Source: Felis catus
Lineage: Eukaryota
Direction of reading: 5' to 3'
Length of the DNA: 64,000 nucleotides
NCBI RefSeq assembly: GCF_018350175.1
Contig: NC_058368.1
Location: 233,184,001-233,248,000, forward strand
The notes below the pieces were generated by a model that ran no database searches, had not been told where the DNA came from, and saw nothing but the letters and a program-made list of their open reading frames with translations. Below, one piece after another: positions 13,816 to 27,478 of this stretch. Position numbers and translations under genes: made by a program. The number at the start of each line of letters is the position of its first letter. Within the stretch, counting starts at the first letter, position 1.

Positions 13816-14409
13816 TCAGCAACTACAGGATGCCCCTCCAGCATTCCCTCGCTGCAGGTCGGTTCTGCTGTTTCAACTCTAGTGACTAATCTCAGTTTCG
13901 GAAAATGCAGAATTGGGCTCCTTAATGGGCCTGAGGCAAACACCTGTCACCTCTTCATCACCTTCCTGAAAGGCAGGACTTTAGACTTTTAGAAAGAATG
14001 CCTTCAGTTCTCATATAGAAGCTGAGGACGGTGATGCTTCAGCCTTTCCTTGTAAAACTCCCACACCACCAACAAAATAACTAAGTAAAAGATACCTGGT
14101 ATTTTGTTTTAATGAACACACCCATCACACACATATAAATATAGAAATGTCTATTTTATACGTTTACATATATATATTTCTATATATGAATATGTAAATA
14201 TGTACATTTCTATATTTATATGAATATGTATATTTTATACATTTACATTTTTATTTGTATTGGGCATAAATTTTTATTGGGCATAATGCTCCCTAAACAG
14301 CCTAGAGGACTTATGAGAGGCCAATTTCCCTCCTTCCGTCCTTTCTTCCTTCTCTCCTTTTTTACTTCCTTCCCTTATCTGATCATTTAGTATGTTCCAG
14401 ATAGCAATA

Positions 14410-16120
14410 TTCTTCAAAATATTATTTTAAATATTAACTCAATAACACCGCTAACTGCAAATGTGACCCCCAGTTATTTAAGCAAATCAGATTCAGGCTA
14501 TGTCTGTTCCCTGTGATTGATTCCAAAATGGTTCCACTTTGGGTCAATGTGGTATAAAGAAAGGTTTGCCTGTGGCTCCGGAAGAAATTCTTTCTCATTC
14601 TCCTAGGAAAATGCACTGAAATGTTCTATCTCAGGTGTGAATGAGCAATCCTGAAACCCCGGGTCCTCGCAACGCCCATGCTCAGGCAACCAGCCTTGTG
14701 GGGAGCTGGGCTGTAGACAGAAAGCCTGGACCCTCCATGACTCATCTGAGCCATGGAAACCATCAACACTGGGGCCAGGGGTACCTTGGATCTCCAAGGC
14801 ATGAGCCCTGGATTCTTCCTTACTGTTTAAGGTAAATATGAGTTTGAAAATACCCCATATGTTTCACAGAAAAGAGAATGGGGTTGTTTCTAATTAACCA
14901 GATGATATACATTGATAATGAAAACTACCCAGTAGACTAAGTCTGGAAAGTTTATCTAAGTAGGAGACCTGGTCCCCGAGACCAGTCTTCTTTTAATTAC
15001 AGACAAATTTGTTATTTCCCTTTTCTGGTCTGTGCTTTCTCTGCTTCCTCGTTCTTAATGCTTGTGCAAATTAGAAAAATTATTCCATGGGACTCAGTAA
15101 ATAGGTAAATGGATGGCAATACTCACACAAAGTCAATTATAATTAAACTGATCATGCGTCCAGCTTGGTCTGATTCATTATGAGAAAGTAAGTTTTTGAA
15201 TGATTTTGAATTAATACTAGACTACACCTTCGTGTAATCCAGACACCAATTACTTCGGAATATTATTTTAAATATTAAATCAATAACTCACTCTTAATTG
15301 AAGGTGTGCTCCCTGAATAATCTAGGCCAATCAAAAGCAGCCCATCCCCATTGCCACTGCCTGGATCTGGAGTGGACACATGGCTGCCCTGGACGAGTGA
15401 AGTGTAAGGAAGGCTTGCTGCTTCAGGGGCAACTCCCGTTGCTCTCCTGGGGAATGTCCGGGAGCAACTCTTTCCAGCCACAGGTTGTGAATGAGGGACA
15501 CTGGAGCCCCAGGTCCCAGTGATGCCACCTTCAGGGAACCAATCCTGCAATCCAGTAGCAGCTGGACTGCAGCCCAGAAGCTGGAGAGATAGAAAGGCTG
15601 GGTGCCCTGTAACGCCTCTGAGCCAGGGGACCCATCAGCACCAAGGGCAGTGTTCTCTGGAGCCTCCTGGGATCGAGTCTGGGGGCTTGCTGACTTGTTT
15701 ACTAAGTATAGTTAGGGGTGGGTTTCTCCTTCTACTTCTGGAATCACCACCACATGTTCACAGGCCCTCCAAGCTGAGACGATCAGGCTGTTCTGACTAA
15801 GCAGACGATGCACTTTGATAAACAAAAGGGCCCAGTGGACTAGATCTAGGAAGTTTGCTCTAAGTCGATCTGGTCCCGAAACCAACTTGCCTTTTAATTA
15901 TGGGCAAATTTGTTATTTCTCCTGTCTGTCCTTTGGCCATTCTTCAGTTTTAACATTCAATCAGGTGAGACAAATTACTTCGTAGGACTCAGTAGATGTG
16001 TAAGTGACTGGCAATCACCACATGAAGTCAATTATAATTAAATTTATCATGCTTCCAGCTTGGACTGATCCATCATGAGGAAGCAAGTTTTCAGACAACC
16101 TTGAATTTTAATGCCAGAAT
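14410..16120. repeat. Old diverged tandem duplication, two units of ~850-900 bp
   Basis: ATTATTTTAAATATTAA.TCAATAAC at ~14421 and ~15262. Block 14927-15220 aligns colinearly with 15831-16118. Confidence 0.85.
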
Positions 16121-17498
16121 AGTATATCAGTCTTCAGTAACTTCCCTTGAAGCACTACTAACAGTCAGCTAGTGGCTGTGACTTAAAATGTATTCCATTT
16201 GGAAGCCAGCCATAGGAACTTCCCTATAGAAGTACGGGAAAAGGAAGTATGTACATAGCCCTCTTTAAAACTGCATGCCAGTAAAATTCCTAGATAAATG
16301 GATTTATAATCATATTTCACAATATGTTGATTATGGTCTTGTCGTGGTTCCAAGGAATTTATTCTACTGGTTGCACATCTTCCCGAAGTCATCAGTGAAA
16401 TCTCTACATTTATGGGAAGAATTGTATGTTAGGGACATGTTTTTGTGGACCTGTGTGAAGCAACTGGCAGGTGCATCCAATGAAATGTTCTCTCCCTGAG
16501 CTTTATATCCTGAGCGAACTACTTCAAGAGATGGGGCCAGTTGGCAATTACATCATTCCCAGAAGCTGTGATGGATAGCGTACAGACAAACTCTTTCCAT
16601 ATCATGACACTTGGTCTGATCACTGCTGCCTGGCTCACCTTGACATCTGTCCAGTTCCCAAGCCCTGTCCTCCAGCTTTTTCTCTGAGCTCTCGAGAGAG
16701 TTCCAGTAAATCACATCTTTGATTGAGATGGCCAGAATCATTTTCCCCTGATAACAACCAGAAATGTGATTCTTAACCAACACCCAGGACTCCTACCTTC
16801 TTCCCCTTCAGAGAATTGCTATCATGTTGGTGAGTTCCCACTACATTCCTCCGAACTGGAAAGGGAGTGGGGAGAAAGGAAGAGAGACTTTGCTGCGGTG
16901 TCTAAGGGGAATCGTGGCAAAGTAAGGTTGATCCTGGTACATCCAACTGGATAAGATAATGGCTTTGATCCCCACCATTTCCACTTGTATCTGCTCCTGT
17001 GACAGCTCACGTGGATAGTCCAGTGAGATGTGGGGAAGGAGACTGAACCCAATGGCTTTGCAGCCAGGCAGATCCAAGTACCAATTTCAAGCTTTGCCTT
17101 GGTGGTTTTCGCATTCAGGCAACTTCCTTAACCTCTTTGACTCTCATTTTCTTAATGCATATTTCACTTCACTGGTACATTACTGAAAGGATTAGAGATA
17201 TTGGTGGATTAACTGGTACATGCATGCACCATAAGTGATAGCTACTATTATTATTAATATTCGTATCATCAGATCACTTCTCTATAGGACAATACAATTG
17301 CAGAAGCTCACATTTTGGAGCTGGATGGGTCTACTTTGAAATTTGGACCTGTCAACTTACAGCGGTGTAAAAATCCAAGCATAAATGCAATTCAAACCAT
17401 TGGGCAAGTACTTCACCATATTTGAGCCTCGTTTCTTTTTCTGTAAAAAGGAAATAAGCTTAATCTCATCAAGATTGTGGGAAGTCAATGAGAGAGTA

Positions 17499-17711
17499 TT
17501 TTTTTTTTCAACGTTTATTTATTTTTAGGACAGAGAGAGACAGAGCATGAACGGGGGAGGGGCAGAGAGAGAGGGAGATACAGAATCGGAAACAGGCTCC
17601 AGGCTCCGAGCCATCAGCCCAGAGCCTGACGCGGGGCTCGAACTCACGGACTGCGAGATCGTGACCTGGCTGAAGTCGGACGCTTAACCGACTGCGCCAC
17701 CCAGGCACCCC
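17499..17711 (-). mobile_element. Young CAN-SINE inserted in a MIR-like remnant
   Basis: TSD CAATGAGAGAGTATTTTT on both sides. Confidence 0.94.
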
Positions 17712-19259
17712 AATGAGAGAGTATTTTTAACACCCAGACCAGTCGCAGCTCATAGTAGGTATGTGAATTCCGTCAGTTTCCTCTTATTTTCTCTGCCATT
17801 TCTTTTCTCTCTCTTTTTCCTTCCTCACAATCCCTCAAAAGCTAATATCTGCTTAGTCTGATCTTCAAGATCCTGCTCAGTTTGTTTCAGCTTAACTTTC
17901 GGATGTTACTTTCAACTCCACTAACAAATTCTCCACTCTGTCAGACCCACCTCTGTCCCATCTTCTGGTTACTGTCCCTTACCGTTCCCATCTGTGCCTC
18001 TGTCACAAGCTTTATACTCCCAGCAGCCCAGTCTACAGCTTGCTTCCTGGGCCACGTCTGCCCACACCTGCACCCAATAGTGTGACCTAACCGTAGGTGT
18101 CTGTTTCGAGGACAGGAAGGTCAATATAATGCTCTCTCTCGCTGCGGCCACAGAAACGTAGGGCCTTCTCTCTCTCATCACTGATGTTTTCACTCTTCAT
18201 CTGTTCCCCAGTAAAGGAATTGACTAGTTCATTCACTTTCCCTCTTTTCTTTGACAGTGGAACAGGACCATCTTCCTTAAACATAACAGAATTGAAGAAG
18301 ACATATTTTTTGAATTTAGGAGTATATATGGCTAGCCATAAAATGGCATTCTCATAGCAAAATAGTTCCTCCTTGTCCCTTTTGTTATTTTTGTTAAAAT
18401 AAATTATCTTATAAATGAACCAGAGGACTGGGATTTTTTTGGCTTCTTCTCTGTGGTTTTATGCATGATCCTTCGCCCCCTCGCCCCTAAAGAGGCTGCT
18501 GTCCTAGTGGATGAACACGTGGCCAAACCCAGTCCTGCCCCCTGCTGGCCATGTGGCCCCAGCAAAGGAGGACACCACCCCTGCTGGGTGGCTCAGGTGG
18601 GCACTATGTGGGATGTCCAGCGAAAGACGGGTATGAGCACACTTACGCTCCCAATTACAAAGCCTGTGTTTGTGCCAAGACTCTCCTCTATTTTTTTATA
18701 TTTTTTAATTTAGGTGAGAAAGACCGAGTGAGGAGCTTTCTCTAGTCCCTTCAGGGGCTCAATGTTTCTTCTTTTAAGTCACTTCCAGACACCAGATGAA
18801 TAGCAACCAGCTCACACTGACTTGACAAGTCTCCTTACGAGAGGGAAGGTGTGGATGAAATGGCCTCCCAGAAGTCCTCTCGAGGACACCCCGCTTTGAC
18901 AGTTTGATGGTGTGGGGAAGAACATCCACCAAAATGATGACTACTAGCTTAGTAAGTTAGCCAGCCCCGTTCTGCGGACGCTGATGGACACGCGAAGTCA
19001 GAGACCGAGGACGTCGAGGAAGTGAAAGCAGTAGCAGGATCATTACCTTAATCTTGCTGGTTCCCGGAGGCCCAAACCCCACTGGACAATGCCAAAGCCT
19101 GGGGGGGGTGGAGACTGCAGGTGCCATGGGGCCCAACCACAGAAGAACCCTGAGCTCAGGGGATCTGTCACCTCTTGGTAAACGGCAAGTAAGCCTGTGC
19201 TCTGGCTCCACCCAAACAGAGGGAGGTTGGGTGTGGCCAGCACCACATCATACATTCTT

Positions 19260-19482
19260 TTAAAAATATTTTTTTCATATTTATTAATTTTTGAGAGAGA
19301 GAGAGAGAAAGACAGGACACGAGTGGGTTAGGGGCAGGGAAAGAGGGAGACAGAATCCGAAGCCGGCTCCAGGCTCTGAGCTGTCCGCACAGAGCCAAAT
19401 GCAGGGCTGGAACTCATGAACCATGAGATCATGACCTGAACCAAAGTCGGATGCTTAACTGACTGAGCCGCCCGGGCGTCCC
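19260..19482 (-). mobile_element. CAN-SINE
   Basis: Reverse-complement SINE body, TSD-like TACATTCTT. Confidence 0.92.
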
Positions 19483-19790
19483 GCCTCCTAGTACATTCTT
19501 CGCTGTGTGGCCTCACTTCTCAGAATTGCAAGCTGCAGACAAACCTGAGACGTGGCCAGGTGAAGAAACAGTGAAGGCATTGAGATGTCGGCAACTCAGC
19601 AAGATGCGTGGGAGTCAAAGGTCCTGGGGTGGGCTGCCGACAGCACCATCCACGGGTAAAATGCCGCCACGCCTATCCTTTGCCAAAACACTATTGGCCA
19701 GGGTGCGTGCGTGTCTTGTTTGTAGAGATTCATTTTCGTCGTTGGAAAAGAACAAACGACATGGTCATTTAATGAATTTAAAACCATATC

Positions 19791-19980
19791 GGGGCGCCTG
19801 GGTGGCTCAGTCGGTTAAGTATCTGACTTGGCTCAGATCACGATCTCGCAGTTTGTGAGTTCGAGCCCCGCGTGGGGCTCTGTGACGACAGCTCAGAATC
19901 TGTGCCTCCCTCGCGCGCGCTCTCTCTCTCTCTCTCTCTCTCTCCCTCAAAAGTAAATAAACATAAAAATGTTCTAATAA
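19791..19980 (+). mobile_element. CAN-SINE, internally shortened
   Basis: SINE head, (CT)n, TSD-like AAAACCATA. Confidence 0.88.
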
Positions 19981-20319
19981 AACCATAGGAAATTGGAAGC
20001 AAAATGGCCCATTTGAAGATATTTACTTCCACACTTACCACGGAGCGACGGAATTTATTCTGAATGTTGCAAGAGATGATAATTGTGGGAAAATTCATTG
20101 TTCAGTTAAAATGATAATTCATATAGTGTGCATTTGTTGGCAGAAAAGTCTGTAAGTTCTAAAATGTAATGATTTGTAAGAACCAAATTGAGAGGTCCCG
20201 GTTTAGCAGAACGCAATCAAAGTCTGGACTGTCGTTTGCTTACGACACGCTGTTACAAATCAAAATTGACAAGCAACTGTCCCATGTATATATTGTTATT
20301 ATCAACCATTTACTTTACA

Positions 20320-20562
20320 GGGACACCTGGGTGGCTCAGTTGGTTGAGCATCTCACTCTTGATTTCAGCTTAGGGTTCTGAAATTTTTTTCTCAGGGTTA
20401 TGTTCTCAGGGATATGAGCTTGAGCCCCACATCAGGCTCCATGCTGAGTGTGAAACCTGCTTAAGATTCCCCCTCTCTCTCTGGCTCTCTCTCCCTTTGC
20501 CCGTCCTGGTACTCTCTCTTTCCCAAAAAGGAATAACTAAACTTTAAAAAAAAAAAAAAAAA
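20320..20562 (+). mobile_element. Older CAN-SINE
   Basis: GGGACACCTGGGTGGCTCAGTTGGTTGAGC head, CT tract, A-tail. Confidence 0.85.
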
Positions 20563-21211
20563 GGACTTTGCAAATGTGATTAAGATAGAGCTCTTGAGGG
20601 GCGCCTGGGTGGCGCAGTCGGTTAAGCGTCCGACTTCAGCCAGGTCACGATCTTGCGGTCTGTGAGTTCGAGCCCCGCGTCGGGCTCTGGGCTGATGGCT
20701 CAGAGCCTGGAGCCTGTTTCCGATTCTGTGTCTCCCTCTCTCTCTGCCCCTCCCCCGTTCATGCTCGGTCTCTCTCTGTCCCAAAAATAAATAAACGTTG
20801 AAAAAAAATTAAAAAAAAAAAAAAGATAGAGCTCTTGATATGGAGAGATTATCTGGATTATTTAGACAATCCCAATGCAATCACAAGGGTCAATATAAAA
20901 GGGAGGCAGAAGAGTCAGAATCAGAGAAAGAGATGGGATAACAAAAGCAGCGGTTGAAGAGAAGTCCGTTGAAGGTGGAGGAAGGAGCCAGCAGCCAAGG
21001 AACCAGACAGCCTCAGGATGCTGGCAAAGGCCGGGAATGGATTCTCCCCCTGGAGCCTCCGGAGAGAAAAAGCCCAGCTGACCCCTCCACCATAGCGTGG
21101 TGTAACTGATTTTGGACCTCTGACCTCCAGAACCGTTACGATGATAAACTGCGCTGTTTGTAACAACTAAGCTGGGAGGAATTTGTTGCAGCACTCATAA
21201 GAAACTCATAC
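20563..21211 (+). mobile_element. MaLR LTR (MLT1D-like), interrupted by a SINE
   Basis: GGACTTTGCAAATGTGATTAAG, GATTCTCCCCCTGGAGCCTCC, TGACCTCCAGAAC motifs, ends AAACTCATACA. Confidence 0.75.
20598..20822 (+). mobile_element. Young CAN-SINE with 16-bp TSD
   Basis: TSD AAGATAGAGCTCTTGA on both sides. Confidence 0.95.
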
Positions 21212-21619
21212 AGCTTGCATTATCCCACTTCATCTTCGAGAAGCCCCTGTTAGGTCCACACCAAGCCCCTACTGTCCTTCTCACCTCATTCGAGTGCCAT
21301 GCTTTTCTTTCACACATCTTACCCCCACGGCATCAGCAATTTTGTTCTGTTCTACCGCCAAAACCTGCCCAGAATTTGACCATTTCTCACCACATCCACT
21401 GCAGGCCATGGTCCATGTCTGGCACGGAATCAGATAAGATGCCTCCCTGCTGGTCTCCTTGCTCTCTACCAGACCCCCTGCAGTCCTTTAGGTAGAGTTC
21501 CCCACCCCTCCATACCACGTTGGTTTGCCTCTCAATCTTTGTCCCCTCCTGTCCCCCCACCCTAGGGCACTGGGATCATCTGGTTCCAGAAGTCAACAGT
21601 CAGCTTCCAGCTTTAGTGC

Positions 21620-21990
21620 CTGTGAGTTGGATTTTGCACCTCCCCCCCCCAATTTACAAATTGAAATCCCAATCCCCAGTCCCTCAGAATGGGACAGTGT
21701 TTGGAGACAGGTCTTTAAAAAGGTAAAGAGCAGAAATGAGATCATTAAAGTGGACGCCAATCCCACAGAATCCCTAGAAGAAGAAGGAGATTAGGACACA
21801 GACATGCACATAGGGAGGACACAGGGAGAAGACGGCCATCTACAAGTCAAGGAGAGAAGCCTCAGAAGAAACCAACCCCGAAGGCACCTTGATCTTTGAC
21901 TTCTAGGCTCCAGAACTGTGAGAAAATACACTTCTGTAATTTAAGCTACCCAGTCGGTGGTACTTTGTTATGGCAGCCCTGGGAGACATC
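21620..21990 (+). mobile_element. MaLR LTR (MLT1B-like)
   Basis: GGCCATCTACAAGTCAAGGAGAGAAGCCTCAGAAGAAACCAAC...CTCCAGAACTGTGAGAAAATA. Confidence 0.8.
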
Positions 21991-24900
21991 AGCACATTAG
22001 TCTCTCAGGTCTTTGTTCAAGAATCACCTTCTCAGTGTTGCCATTCTTGGACAAATTTTCACCCTCTTTGCTTCTGAATTTTCATACCTGTTTCCCTGAT
22101 TTATGTGTCCTTGACGCTCAGGCATTACTTGGAGCCAGCTGCAGAGAGGAGAGTGCTGTCCCCCTCATCATGAACAACTCAGATGGTATCTATGACTGAG
22201 CTATCACTTTCTGGAAGCCAAGTATTGTCCACATGATTTACATAAATTATATCCCTTAACTTCCACAATATCTCTAGGAGGCAGAAACCCTGTTTACCCC
22301 ACTTACGGATGAGGAGACTGAGGGTCATGGAGGTTGATTGTCTCACCCACAGTGGTACAGTCAGAATATCAAATGATCAAAAGTAAAAGCCACCCGAGAC
22401 CGACAATTAATCCCGGAGTCCACCCGCTCATGAGTAAGGACAACCTGGGCAGGCCTCTGCACTTTGAGCCACATGTCCAGGTAAGACACAGAGCTCGAGT
22501 GGCAGAGAACGGTACTCCCCACAGGTAAGCTCACTACTAAGACAAGAAAAGGGAGGACCTCAGCCAGTGGTGACATTCTTCTTACTCACCAACCTAGTAA
22601 TGTGATAAATCCTAAGGCAGGGAGAGGAAGGTAGGACAGAGGTCAGAGGGTTACACACATTGGGCTCTGCCCACAGAGAAGGAAACGTCAGGAGTGGGAA
22701 AGAACTTTTCCATCCTAACATCATCCTTCAAGGGCAAACCCAACCACTCCTCCTTCCAAAAGATAATTGACTCTCCAGGCAGAGTTCATCTTTCTTTCCT
22801 CTGCCTCTCTTACAGTATGGGCTCTCTAATGGAACGTGCTCTCTCTTATATGATAGACATTTGTGCAGCTATCCAATATTCCCTAGTAGATTATAGGCTC
22901 ATGAGGAAAGTCTTCCTATCTGAGCCTTTTGTCTTGCTCTCGGTAGCTAACATTTTTCACTCATGTAGAGTCAAATCTTCATGACAAGCAAATAAATGAT
23001 TGAAATTTGGAATACATATTAAGGAAAACAGATTGATATGTATTTATGTTAAACAGCTGGGCTCCCTTTCCCTTCTGACATGATGAACTTTGTTCTCAGG
23101 GTACTGAGTGCCACAGAAGAGCAAATCCTGGTTTAAATTCTCTTCATGCAGAAGGATACGAAACCAGGTTGGAATCTAACAACTCATGTTAATGGCTGAG
23201 ACTGAATACACAGCCTTAGCATTTCAGATTAGCTCCTGGATTTCTAAAACAATGAACTAATTATTCAACGGTTAACAAACCAAATAGCATGAACTGGTCA
23301 CAATTTCTGTAAGTATATTTGAATATTTTCTACTCTCGAATGTCTCCTTGTAGCCAATGTTGAAAACAATAAATTATTAATAGGACTGAAAATTTTCCAC
23401 TGGAAGACAAGCATTCTAAATGCTTTCAATAACAAAAGTAAGTTATAGATTTGGCATTTGTAAATTCCAGCTTGAGGAACATCATTCATTTTTGTTGGGA
23501 TGAGAACATTTTGAGTTAAAGGATTAAAAGTAACACTTTCTCTTCCAATTAGGGAAAGTCAGTTATTGGGATCATGAATCATCAGGCATCATTTTAGAGC
23601 ACAGTGATATAAGAATGTAAACGAATTGAAATTCATAGCATTATTATTCCCCTTTGAAACATAATTTTGAAAAGGAAATAAATGCACTATTATTGATGGT
23701 AACAATTCTTTGTTGTAGTAACTGAATTAGAACTATCCACTTTATTTACCAGAAAAGACTCCTGTGGTCTTCCCTTGGGAGACCTCTCTTTGGGGCTCTC
23801 CCACACCCATGCACATTTCTAGAATGTGCCCATCATATCACCTCCACCAATTTGGCCGTCTCCCCTACATTAAACACTAAGACCCTTAAAAGAAGGAATG
23901 GCCACTTTCAACCAACATGGATTCTGGACAATGATGGGTATTTCAGGACTGATATTCTTTGTACTAAATAATGGCTCCCCATGGTTTTCACCCTTCCCAG
24001 ACCACCTTTTGAAGCCTTAAACAATCCGGTCCCTCGTTCCTTTTCCAGCCTTAAGCTCCCAGCATTGTGTGAACCCTGAGACTGCAGAAAAGTCCCCTGC
24101 CCAGCTGTTCCCATGCCTGGGCTCATGCCCTTCCCCTCCCCAGTTCCCTCCAATGAAAGAGAACAGCCCTGTTTTGAATCAGCCAACTTTATGAATCCCA
24201 ACAGTGAGAATTAACATTCCCCTCTGCCCACCCGTTATCTCTTCAATGGTTCCTTTGTTGCAGCATTATCTATTATAATGTGTTTTGTGTTTATAAATGA
24301 GCACGCCTTGGTATTCAGACACAACTGTAGGCTATTGAAGGTCAGGGACCATAGTCCCCGGCAATACCCACACAGTGCCTGACCCGTGAGGTGACATTTT
24401 AGAATTACTTCTTTAAGGCAATTTTCTCCATAAAGTAGTGTATTTACTGATAATACAGAAAGAATTATCTTGCTAACATTGGTATTCTCTGCTGTTAGAA
24501 GATCCAGCCAAAAACAATTTAGTTCTCACCACACACTATGTGGTTTTTTTAATGGATTTGGAGAAAAACATGTGAATAATCATCTTACTTTCTGAATGAA
24601 AATTCAAAATAACGCCAGAAGGCACCGGTGACAAATCAGTTTGAAAAAGTGAATTGGTGTTAAGAGGACAATACCCAAATCCAAGAATCTAATTTAAACA
24701 CATTAAGTAAGTTTCAGTTTAATTATTGGTTATTACAGTTGAAGACAGGAAAAAAAAAAAGTTCTGGACAATCCTGGAATGTATCCAAAATGAAATCAAC
24801 CCTTAAAGATGCCATTTAATCAAATCTGCAAATGCAAATGTGATGACCCCAGCACTGAGAAGCCCCCCATCCCGCCCCCCGCACTGAGGTTAATGCATTG

Positions 24901-25142
24901 CTAATCTCTCCCAAAATGATGGCATAGAAAGCATCTTCAGGGCTCAAAAATTAGTAAGCATGGTCCACTATCAACTCTCCAAAGCCCAGTTACGTGTTTG
25001 TACACTTTCAGAAAGCACCCCTGTATCCTCTGTTATCTTAAACACAGATGGGCCCTAGGGATGTAGACAGTCCTCCAAAAGGCAATTATTCTACCCACAG
25101 AAAGTAAAAAAACAGGAAGACTGCAAACAAATGGAGGCCCTT

Positions 25143-25500
25143 TGTTATGGACTGAACTGTGTTTCCACAAAGTTTGTATGTTGAATTCCTAACCCAATGT
25201 TTAAAAGGCCTTTAAAGAGGTAATTAAGTTAAGAGTTCCTAAGGATAGAGTCCTAAGCCAACATACCTGGTGTCCTTATAATAAGAGGAAGACACCCCAG
25301 AGATCGATCTCTCTCTCTCTCTCTCACTCTCTCTCTCATCCCCACCCCCAATACACAGAGAAGGCAGCATCAGAGAAACCAGCCCTGAAGGCACGCTGAT
25401 CATGAACTTCTGGTCTCTAGGATTGTGAGAAAATTAATTTCTTTTGTTTAAGCCCCAAGTCTGTGGTGTTCTGCTGTGAAAACCCGAGCTGATTAATATC
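25143..25500 (+). mobile_element. MaLR LTR (MLT1A/B-like)
   Basis: TGTTATGGACTGAACTGTGT start, GGTGTCCTTATAATAAGAGGAAGA, TGTGAGAAAATTAATTTC. Confidence 0.78.
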
Positions 25501-27264
25501 AGCCCGTTTCCTTTCATTCAAGTCTGTTTCACATCTCACCAATGTTGACGACCATCTTTCTGGGGAAAAAAAATATGAATTATCAGCAGTTGAAGGCCTA
25601 AAAATCAGTAGGTATTGCTAAGGAATCTGGGGGCCATGGTGCATATGGATATCTATGTGATATGAACATTGTTGGTTGGGCTGCGAATGTATTTTGTTCT
25701 ACTGGGAGATTTGGGGTCACAAAGGGTTACTCTCTGAGGTCTAATGGTATACTGTTCATTGGGAAAAGTATAGCTTTGGCGTAGGTCACAGATAACCGAC
25801 TTCAAATCCCAATCCTTATAGTTATGTGACCAGAGGCAATTTCCATAATTTCTCTGAGTGTCAGTTTTTCTCATTTCTACAAGGGAGAGAATTCCACCTC
25901 TCTTCATTGCTAAGAGAAATGTGACGATATGGTATTCAAAGTGTCTGGCAGGGAATCAATGCCATTTTTTGGTTTTCCTTGGCATTGCATAGGGTTCCAG
26001 GATACCAGAATTTCTCAAAGCTTCTCAGCAAGCAAACACAGTGATGGGAATTCTCACTTGTCTATGTTTTAGGGCGCTCAGAACATTCTTTTGGTGGTAG
26101 GGCCAAAAGACGAAATGAACTTTGATCAGGTCACTGTTATAAAAATTCCTGGACTTGACCACGAAAGAACTGGCTTCAAGACCAGGGTCTTTCACTTTCT
26201 ATGGAACTTTAGGTGATCTCTTTACCTCTGACCTCAAGTTCCTCATCTATGAAATGGGAATAACTATCTCTTTTAACCGCACAGGTGTTCGTGGGATTCA
26301 AAGGTGATAAGCAAAAGCATATTGCAATTTGTTGAAAGAGAAACTGGGTTCCAAAAGAAAAGAATCATTGGATTTACATGGGAATTCAGACTACAGTGAC
26401 TGAGGACTCTGGACCATGCATTCATTTAACCAATATCTACAGAAATGATTCCAGGCCCTGTGCCGGGCACAAAGTCTACGAGAGGATGAACGAGAGGAAT
26501 TTGGCTCCTGCCTTCAAAGAACACTCCATCAAGGAAGCAAGACAGATATTACACCTGCAAGGAAACCAATACATATATTATTTTAAGCTATGATGAGTTC
26601 TAGAAACAGAAAGAATAAGCAGTCATGAAAAAGTATTTAGAGGATGGGGTGGGGTACTGATTTCAACTGAGGGTCAAGGTCAGCATCTCACTCCTGGGAG
26701 GACAGAGGAAAGGACAGAATCCTGGCCACTGTGATGTGAGGGGGATTGGACTCAGAGGGCAGGAAAGAAGTATATATTGGAGTCGGATACATTTTGTGGG
26801 TAGACTGGCCCGGTGGGTTTGCCTAAGCAAACAAAGGCAGCATGGCCGCCTCCCTTTATGGGGAAGGAAACAGTACAAGCAGGAGGAAGTAACACGAATC
26901 TTTTTGAATAAAAGTTTTGGCTGGACCAATGACTTTTGAAAATTATTGACAAGTCTGATCTGAAATGTGTTGAAAATTCTTCCTTTTTCTTACAGGAAGA
27001 GTAATGTAACTGCAAAAAATGAAGGCAAGGTATTGCTTGGGACTGGGAGAGAAAATTGGTTATGATTTTACTCAATATTAAGCAGTTTACCTTACCGTTT
27101 TGTTTCTCACATATTAATTGAGTATAATAATAAGACTTTGTGATTCTACTTCATCCTCAATATCACAAGTTGTTATTTGCCTCTGAAACTTCTCTAAAGT
27201 TTCACTATATGTGCCTTTCACGGAAGTGTTTCTATTTTCTTCCTTCAATTTAAGTCGCCATAAT

Positions 27265-27478
27265 TATTTTTTTAATGTTTATTTATTTTTGAGAGAGAGA
27301 GAGAAAGAGAGCACACCCTAGCGGGGTGGGGAGCAGGGGGAGGGAGACAGAGGATCCTTAGGGGGCTCTGAACTGACAGTACGGAGCCCGACGCGGGGCT
27401 CGAAATCACGAACCGAGAGATCACGACCTGAGCCAATGAAGCTGGATGCCTAACCAACTGAGCCACCCAGGCGCCCCC
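27265..27478 (-). mobile_element. CAN-SINE
   Basis: TSD CGCCATAA.TATTTTT. Confidence 0.93.
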
